From: an uncultured virus (IMG/VR IMGVR_UViG_3300035183_000083)
Lineage: Duplodnaviria; Heunggongvirae; Uroviricota; Caudoviricetes
Virus record (IMG/VR): IMGVR_UViG_3300035183_000083
Direction: 5' to 3' (one strand)
DNA: 37,902 nucleotides
In this document: piece by piece, positions 9,634 to 16,900 of the stretch
Numbering within the stretch: position 1 is the first letter of the stretch
Layout: every line of letters starts with the position of its first letter
Made by a program: the position numbers and the translations under genes
The notes under the pieces: generated by a model
What the model saw: only the letters and a program-made list of their open reading frames with translations
Told to the model about the DNA's origin: nothing
Database searches by the model: none

Positions 9634-9660
9634 ATCCAACAAATGAAAGAAGGTTTCACC

Positions 9661-10182
9661 ATGAAAGTCTTATTAAGTCTGACTTCCATCTCCGCAGCAG
9701 CCACCAAAGCCAAAGATGCCGTCACTCCGGCTTTGTTGAAAAAGCAAACATCTTACCTGAAAAAGCTGGCTAAGGCTAAGGCCGATCATGCCAAAGCCGA
9801 AGACACGCTGGTTAAGACTCAGAAGGACTTGGATCTTAAAAAGACCAGCCCTAAGTACAAGTCCTTGAAAGACAAGGTTACGGTCGCTACTCTGGCAAAG
9901 TCCTTTGGATTCACCAAAACCAAAGAATCTGAGTTGGCTAAGGTCAAAGGTCGCACAACCCACGTTATCAACGGTACTATGGACTCAGCCGGAGCCAAGA
10001 AGTTGATTAAGCACTTAACCAAGCAAGATTGGGACGTGAAGGGAGTGGTAGACAAGAACTTTAAGATCGACTCCTACACAGACCCTAAGTCTGGTGAAGA
10101 AATCCAAGTCACTCAGCATGGCCCAGGCTACAAGGGTAAACATCAGGTGCGCATCATTAAGCGGCCCGGCTCTGATAAATAA
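9661..10182 (+). CDS. Lys-rich basic protein
   Basis: Start placed at ATG 9661 after GAAGG (9643 is an alternative). Leader MKVLLSLTSISAAA followed by a K-rich body. Confidence 0.7.
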   Translation: MKVLLSLTSISAAATKAKDAVTPALLKKQTSYLKKLAKAKADHAKAEDTLVKTQKDLDLKKTSPKYKSLKDKVTVATLAKSFGFTKTKESELAKVKGRTTHVINGTMDSAGAKKLIKHLTKQDWDVKGVVDKNFKIDSYTDPKSGEEIQVTQHGPGYKGKHQVRIIKRPGSDK

Positions 10183-10287
10183 GCATGGGTTTGTGGTTGT
10201 TCACAAGGCTCGGTAAGGCCAATACTAGACTGACTGGGCGGCTCAGCCACCCAGTTAAACATTAGGGCTAATAGTAGGAGAAAGACC

Positions 10288-11130
10288 ATGAAGGTATACA
10301 TTTCCATGTCAGCAACGGCTGCTTCAACCAAAGTCTCTAAGGTGAGAGGCCATATTAGAGCCTTAAAGGCCAAGATCAAGTTCCTTAAGGCTTGGGCAAA
10401 GCTAGATCAGAAGCTTGCTAAAGCAAAGGGCACTCTGGAATCTTACAAGGAACGGCGTACCACTGGTGGTAAAGTTACTAAAGAACTAACCCAAGAACTG
10501 CGTCAAAAGGTCAAAGACAGTAAGTCTGCCAGGTCTCAGTTTGAGAAAGATAACCGTAGCCTGAAACGGGAACTGTCTCCTACCGTTCTTAAGTCCAGCA
10601 AGTCCGCTCTCAAGCACGTAGATACTTTGACCAATCGGTTGTCCAAGCTTGAAGACAAGCTGGAAACGCTAAACGCTAAAGAAGCAGGCCAAAAGCCCAA
10701 GGCGGAGGTTTCTACCAAACCCAAGCAAGCACCCAAAGCCTCCAAGGAGGCTAAGAGCAAAACAGGTGGGAGAGGGCAGGCCAAGTCTCGCATTAACCGT
10801 CGAGAAGCTCCGGAGGCAGCAGGGGTTAAGCCTACCAAGGGCAAGAAACCTAAATCCAAGGTGGTAAAAGCTAAGGAGCCTAAACAACCAGCTGCTCCGG
10901 CTTTGAAACCAGGTGACATTATTAAGCATAAGCTCGTGCTGAACCAAACGTCCACTAGGGTTTACCTAGGTGACAATAAGCAAGGTATGCCGCTGACTAG
11001 CGACATGCACCCTGGCCATTCTGTCGGTGAGCATCATGGTCGTTTGGACGTAATGTGGGAAAAGGTCGGGGAGTTACCTCCAGATGAACTAAAGAAGTTC
11101 CAAGAGCCGGTAAAGAGGCAATTACGCTAA
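10288..11130 (+). CDS. Lys-rich basic coiled-coil protein
   Basis: 280 aa with an AGGAG RBS, leader MKVYISMSATAAS, a K/P/A-rich linker and a small C-terminal beta domain. Confidence 0.72.
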   Translation: MKVYISMSATAASTKVSKVRGHIRALKAKIKFLKAWAKLDQKLAKAKGTLESYKERRTTGGKVTKELTQELRQKVKDSKSARSQFEKDNRSLKRELSPTVLKSSKSALKHVDTLTNRLSKLEDKLETLNAKEAGQKPKAEVSTKPKQAPKASKEAKSKTGGRGQAKSRINRREAPEAAGVKPTKGKKPKSKVVKAKEPKQPAAPALKPGDIIKHKLVLNQTSTRVYLGDNKQGMPLTSDMHPGHSVGEHHGRLDVMWEKVGELPPDELKKFQEPVKRQLR

Positions 11131-11174
11131 ATCTAACATCCTAGTGGTTCACGCACAATCAATAAGAGGGTAAT

Positions 11175-11900
11175 ATGGCTTCATCATCCAAAGCCCGTAA
11201 GCCATCAACCAAGGCTAAGTCGGAACTGTCTAAATCGAGAACGTCCAAGTTAGAAAAAGCAAAGGTAATCAAGATAGACCATACCAAGAGCCTAAAGAAG
11301 GCTAAGTCCAAAGGACTAAAGGCCGATAAGTCTGACAAACAACAGCAACGGCAAGTTAAGGCCAGTCAGAAAGTCAAAGCCAAGAAAAGAGAAATCCAGG
11401 ATGCCATGGACACCCTAGTAATACCCAGGGTGGCATCTACAGATGAACAAAGGTTTCTTGAAGATTACAGCGATATGTTGACCATGACGGCCAATATAAT
11501 CCGTAAGCTGGATGAAGCCATAAGTGCAGATAAGCGGCCAGGGTCACGCGACCTATACGCATTATCTGCCATCATGTCTCAGCACCGGGAGATAATTTCT
11601 GACATAAGAACGATGACCGATATGTCATCTCAAGTGGAACAGTTAATTGTCGCTGCCCTTCAGCCTATGACTACCCAGCTTGGACAAAACCTAATTGATG
11701 CGTTTTACCAGATAAAAGCTCTGATTGTAGACGTGGCTAAACCAGCTGAGACCCAATCGGCAATAAAGAAGCTGGACAGAATCTTCACAGACCAAGGTAG
11801 GTTTATCCAAGATCAGCATACAAGGACTGTAGAAAAGGTTCAGGAGATACTACTTGGTCCGAAAGAGCAACCACAACGTAACAAGAAAAGGCGTAAATAA
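11175..11900 (+). CDS. Hypothetical protein with basic N-terminus and helical C-terminal domain (possible small terminase subunit)
   Basis: 241 aa. The first ~75 aa are K/S-rich, the remainder is amphipathic-helical, and it ends RNKKRRK. Sits immediately upstream of an HNH gene; the TerS call is only a guess. Confidence 0.55.
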   Translation: MASSSKARKPSTKAKSELSKSRTSKLEKAKVIKIDHTKSLKKAKSKGLKADKSDKQQQRQVKASQKVKAKKREIQDAMDTLVIPRVASTDEQRFLEDYSDMLTMTANIIRKLDEAISADKRPGSRDLYALSAIMSQHREIISDIRTMTDMSSQVEQLIVAALQPMTTQLGQNLIDAFYQIKALIVDVAKPAETQSAIKKLDRIFTDQGRFIQDQHTRTVEKVQEILLGPKEQPQRNKKRRK

Positions 11901-11902
11901 CT

Positions 11903-12187
11903 ATGGCTAGACGGTTTGGTGGACCTCCGAAAGTTAGGATCGTATCCAAGATACGACGTAGCCGACAGCAAGCTTACACGGAAGCCTGGCCGGCTTTAAA
12001 AGCTCAGGTGAAGCAACGGGATAGGTTTTGTTGCCGTGACTGTGGTGCTGGCCCCTTACCAGCTTCCAAGCTAGAGGTCCACCATATAATACCGGTATCA
12101 AGAGGTGGGAGGACCATCACATACAACCTAAAGAGCTTGTGCGGGACCTGTCATAGTAAACAGCCATTCCATAACCACCTAAGATAA
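11903..12187 (+). CDS. HNH endonuclease
   Basis: RDRFCCRDCG...LEVHHIIPVSRGG...NLKSLCGTCH: canonical HNH motif with two CxxC zinc knuckles. Confidence 0.92.
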   Translation: MARRFGGPPKVRIVSKIRRSRQQAYTEAWPALKAQVKQRDRFCCRDCGAGPLPASKLEVHHIIPVSRGGRTITYNLKSLCGTCHSKQPFHNHLR

Positions 12188-12198
12188 CAGGAGCCAAT

Positions 12199-12690
12199 AT
12201 GAAATACCCCAAGCTGTATGCTGAACCCAATGTAACGCATAGCGAGTTCCTAACCTTCTCAGGGCGACTAGATCGCTTTGCCTACGCCTCTGGCCTCCAT
12301 GAAATCGGACTACCTCAGTCAAGTATGGGGTCTGAATTAGACGGTGATGTGGATGTTCCAGCTCTAACCTTCTTACGCCTGGAACTAATCAGGATTAAGA
12401 CAGGTATGAGCGATTACATCATCCGTGTTGCTACCCCTAAGTTCCAGCAAACCCCTAACTCCAACACCATCGTCTCCATGAGAGGCGACAGGTCCTTGGC
12501 GAAAGTAGAGGGTGTGCAGAAGCTAGCCGCTTTGATTGTCCAGGAAATGAACAAAAGGAATGATAGTACTCACACGTGGGTATCTGCGGATGTCGATCAT
12601 TTAACGCGGCTTCTGTTTCCAACTATTCGATTCTTCTCCACTAACCCTCATATTGAGACCTTAAGATTCGCAACTGAGGCTTTGTCATAA
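12199..12690 (+). CDS. Hypothetical protein
   Basis: 163-aa ORF with a GGAG RBS, tightly packed in the operon. Confidence 0.7.
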   Translation: MKYPKLYAEPNVTHSEFLTFSGRLDRFAYASGLHEIGLPQSSMGSELDGDVDVPALTFLRLELIRIKTGMSDYIIRVATPKFQQTPNSNTIVSMRGDRSLAKVEGVQKLAALIVQEMNKRNDSTHTWVSADVDHLTRLLFPTIRFFSTNPHIETLRFATEALS

Positions 12691-12691
12691 C

Positions 12692-13558
12692 ATGGACACC
12701 CAGGCGATAACCAAAAGACTGATGGTGTCCTTGAATTCCGGAGACTTGATCCAAGACTACTTGGTCGCCTTCGGTATCATCGACCTAGCCAATGTCGATC
12801 TACCTCCTGTTTTTGACCCTAAATATGGGCCTGAATGGAAGGCTTTCAATGAACAGATGGATTTGGATGTACGAACTGGCAAAGGTTACGATGAATCAGA
12901 TGCTAAGAAACGGAAAAAGCTTTACACGGTCTTAGAGTTTTTGCGATACATGAAGTCCATGGGTATCAACCCTTTTATCCGTGGACGTAAGTTGGTCATT
13001 AACGGGAAGCCGCATTCGCCTAACCCAAAGATTATCTTTGAGGACTTGACCAGGATAGTCATAAAGAAGGAGGCAAAAGCAGCCCTAAATTTAGTTAGAA
13101 AGACAAGCCTTTTGTTTCACCTCAAGGTAACAAAGTCTTTGATTGTGGTGCAAGACCTGGCTCCGAACCATGTGCTCCAAGCTAGCTATACTCTGGTGCC
13201 TAAAAGGAAAGAAAGTTTGGACTCTATCTTGGTAAAGCTCCAGGGCTTGGTGTATTCACGATCTCAAATCCCACCTGAGCTGAAAGATACGTTCAAAGCC
13301 ACTGGGCCCAAGGACAAGTCTAAGCTTAAGTCCACTCGTTTGACCGCCGAAGCTTTGATGCAAGTGCGTAACAGTTTAGGGTGGTTGCCAATAGACAAGG
13401 AAGGTCAGATTTTCTTGCACCTTATCAGGGCCGCCAACGACAAATTGGTAATGCGGTTAACTGTAAAGCTAAGGAATGACTATAAAATGGGCACCAAGCA
13501 TGAGACACATAGGAAACTTATCAATTTCTGGAAGGACTCCTTTAAACTGCCAACTTAA
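12692..13558 (+). CDS. Hypothetical basic protein
   Basis: 288-aa ORF starting 1 nt after the previous stop. Confidence 0.7.
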   Translation: MDTQAITKRLMVSLNSGDLIQDYLVAFGIIDLANVDLPPVFDPKYGPEWKAFNEQMDLDVRTGKGYDESDAKKRKKLYTVLEFLRYMKSMGINPFIRGRKLVINGKPHSPNPKIIFEDLTRIVIKKEAKAALNLVRKTSLLFHLKVTKSLIVVQDLAPNHVLQASYTLVPKRKESLDSILVKLQGLVYSRSQIPPELKDTFKATGPKDKSKLKSTRLTAEALMQVRNSLGWLPIDKEGQIFLHLIRAANDKLVMRLTVKLRNDYKMGTKHETHRKLINFWKDSFKLPT

Positions 13559-13567
13559 ATAGGTAAC

Positions 13568-13996
13568 GTGATGAAATCCTCGCTTGAAGATCACATTCGA
13601 AAAATAGGAAGTTTGTCGACCAGTGCGGCTCAAATTGCAGATAGACTTATGCCTATGGTGCATTGGAATAGGCAGCAGGGCGAAGTAGAAAGACTGCAAG
13701 CGGTCCTAAAGGAACTGACCATGGAGGTTAATGTCGCTTTAGCAGATGACTCTGAGCCAGAAGATGATAGGCTAACCGAAGAGGACGTAAGGTCATTCAT
13801 CAATAACTTCAGTAACTCCTTGGTAGAGTTGAAGGCTGCTGTCATTAGACAGGTATACAATGTAGGGTATTTTTTACCTTATCCGAAGAATGTTCGGGTG
13901 TTAATAGCTACTACCTTGCTCAACCACATGAGCCTGGCTAACAAGAGACCAGCACCCCTTTGGCAAGATATTATCGACAACGGAGGCGCACTCTAA
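13568..13996 (+). CDS. Hypothetical protein
   Basis: 142-aa ORF (GTG 13568 or ATG 13571) with a TAATG overlap into the helicase gene. Confidence 0.68.
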   Translation: MMKSSLEDHIRKIGSLSTSAAQIADRLMPMVHWNRQQGEVERLQAVLKELTMEVNVALADDSEPEDDRLTEEDVRSFINNFSNSLVELKAAVIRQVYNVGYFLPYPKNVRVLIATTLLNHMSLANKRPAPLWQDIIDNGGAL

Positions 13997-16900
13997 TGGC
14001 AAAGAATATTTTGGTAACTTTGGGTTTAGGTGATAGGCTAAATAACCTCCTGCTTCCTACGCAAGAGGCATTCCCGGCTAAAACCTCTGACTTTGTGTCT
14101 CACTCGGAAGCGACGCTGGAAAGCTTCCTGACGGTAACTCTTAGCGAAGGCATGGCTAAGGATTATCGTTTCTACTTTTACCCTGGTCGTAAGGCACCGC
14201 CGTCTAAGAAAGGTAAAAGCGAGAGCCGCGTCTACATGACACGGAGAGCGCATTTCTTCATGCTGGCCACCTACATGGCTGATCTTAGCGCCTGCATTAA
14301 CGCTATGTTCACTCAGTTGAGGTATGCTGTATTCAACTCGGCGTATCTGAACTTGGTGTCCGACCAAGAGCGGAAGAAGATGCTGGACACGCAAGCCCGG
14401 CAGTTTAAGGTTAAGGCATCCAATGATGAGTACAAGAAGGGACTTTTGAAGAACTTTATGTCGGCTGTCAATAGCGGCAGGGCCCACATCATCAAGCCTT
14501 CTGAGAGATTTAAAGGTGGCTTCGATATCCTCTACAGCGGCAGCCCGCCGTATCAAGGGTCAAAGGGTTCCACCTTGGACTTTGAAGCCTGCCGGGAAGG
14601 CTTTGAATTTAACCCGAATACCCGTAGTGACGACTACTCTGACGCTACCGAAAAAGGCATGTTCGATAATGCGGTAGCTCAAGCTGCTTTTAAGGTAGGT
14701 AAAGAACTGCTGGCTGCTATCATGGCAGATAAGTCTAGCTACGCTGCCGCTGAGTCGTTTAAACGGAAAACCCGTATTATCCAGCCCGGCAAGCTAATCA
14801 GGGAACAAATCCTTAAGGTTGTAGAGGGTAGTAAATGGGGTACCGTGTTTCTAAGTGAGCTGGTAGACTTGCTTCCTGAGCCGGAAATGGAACTGGTAAA
14901 AGGCTTGGATCCGTACTTTGGCATCCTGGCCGTTAAAGAGGCTGACGATTACGCCGTCAAGCGTATGCTGTCCGCATCTGAGACCAACGCCATCAGCCCT
15001 GACCAATTGACCGTTAGTGAAGACATTCTGGCGGTGTACCCTAAGATCGGATTCAGCTATGTCATCCATCTTCCGGAAGAGCTGGCGCAGTACATTACAC
15101 AGACACCCAAAGGGAAACCTATTCCTTTGATGCCTCTGAACACTTGGGCTTCCATCTGGTCTCGGGCACTACTCCGCGTTCCGAAGTCAAGGTCTGAAGG
15201 CGGCAAAGACGAGAAAATCAACATCAAGGACGTGCCGCGTTACATAATGAGCCCTAGCTCCACCAAGGAGCTGGCTGACAAGCGACAGGCCATGAACTTC
15301 TACACGGAGAAGGGCCGTAACAACGCGGATAGTATCTATATCTCCAACATAGGCACTCTGAACTTTTGCCCTCCGTCGAACATGATGTCGTTGGATAATG
15401 CGAAGGAATATGAGCGTCTTATGGAGGAAGGTCTGAAATTGGCCTTTGACGCTGGCACCCCACTACAGGCATCGAAAACGGGCATCACACATCCAGTGTT
15501 TGCCCTTGCTTCGCCTGAATACGGCAAGAAGATACCGGAACTCAAGGACAAGATCAAGCGGTATGCTGGTACGTTTCAAGCCTTTAGCTGGGATTACAAC
15601 GTAATCCTGATGACTTCGACTAGTGACCCGGATAAGCTGGATGCAATCAAGCTAGTAGGTGCTGCCAAGCCGGATGCGCTGAATTTGGCCGACTACTTGA
15701 ATAAGCCTTTTGCGCAGTCCATGCAGAAGCTTTTCGTCCGGTCTACCAATGCAGAAGGTCAGCGTGTAACTGTGGCTGACTTCGGAGACCCAGGTGGCAA
15801 CCTCAACGAAATGTTGAAGACATCCCCCTTCCTTAATACGCTGGACCTTTACGCCTACTTGCTGGCGGAAAAGGCAGTTCCGGACTTCCCGGCGTTGTTG
15901 GCTCAAGCAGCTAAAGATCTCCAGCTAACTAAGTTGGATGAGAACCCCTACGAGAAAGGCTTGTATGCCAACACTATTTCCAACGATCTCAAGCACGTAA
16001 ACAAGAACATGACCTTGTTCGAGCAACGTGGTAGGGATGCGTACTTGGAGAATGCTGTCGCTATCAGGTATGCGTTGGATTCGGCCTTGAAGGACTCTCA
16101 AGGTCGTCCTGGCTCTAATGTAGCTCGTCAGGCCGTCAAGGAAAATATTGATGTTACGGAAGATAACCACTTCTTTAGCTCTCAGTTTTATACCTTGGCA
16201 GAATTCAAAAACGTCTACAACTATCTTGGTGGTCGCATCTTCTACTTGATGCTTAAAGCCATGATGGAGGTCGATAAGAAGAAGCTGATGGTCTACAACG
16301 TAGGTAACCCTATCAGCATTCCGACGTTTAGGTCTATCGTTACGGAGGTTATGCCGTTAGCCACGATACTTGCCAAGTATGTGCCTAACAGTCAGGCCAT
16401 CCTTGAGGAAGCGGATGCTTTGAGTGAGCGCAACAAGCGCAATCAAGCTATCACTGCTGCGGACATCCATGTGCCTGGCTCCAAGGCCAGCTTTGAAATG
16501 TTCCCCCATCAGATTGAGACGCACCAGTTCTTGCGGAATGCTCCAAGGTTCGCAGTTCTGGATATTTCGCCTGGTGGTGGTAAGACCATCTTGGGTCTGT
16601 CAGACATCGCTTGCCTTATCAATGCTGGTCTGATTAAGCGTCCGCTAGTGCTGGCTCCGAATCGCCTCGTCCGTAACTGGATCGAGGACATGCACAAGGT
16701 AACACAAGGCCAGTGGAACCTAATCCCAGTCACTACTGATGTTTACAAGCGTTGGGGTGACGAGAGGTTGACTCAACTGATAAACGGCGCGCCTATCAAC
16801 ACGATATGTGTGTGCAGTATATCGGTTTTGCTAACCAACAAGTTCCCGGTTGTCATGGGTACACACGTTGAGTTCGCGTCCCAGGTGCTGGAGTTTATGA

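Noticed and set aside
9578..9640. Twister ribozyme (TAACACTG...CCGGTC...CCGG resemblance)
   Set aside because: The 3' purine-rich GAGGG segment and closing P1/P2 pairing are missing.
13960..13995. Upstream starts given by the ORF track (13960; also 1443, 2811, 25239 and 32703)
   Set aside because: Downstream ATGs have clear RBSs or stop/start overlaps, whereas the longer versions mostly use TTG starts or overlap neighbouring genes.
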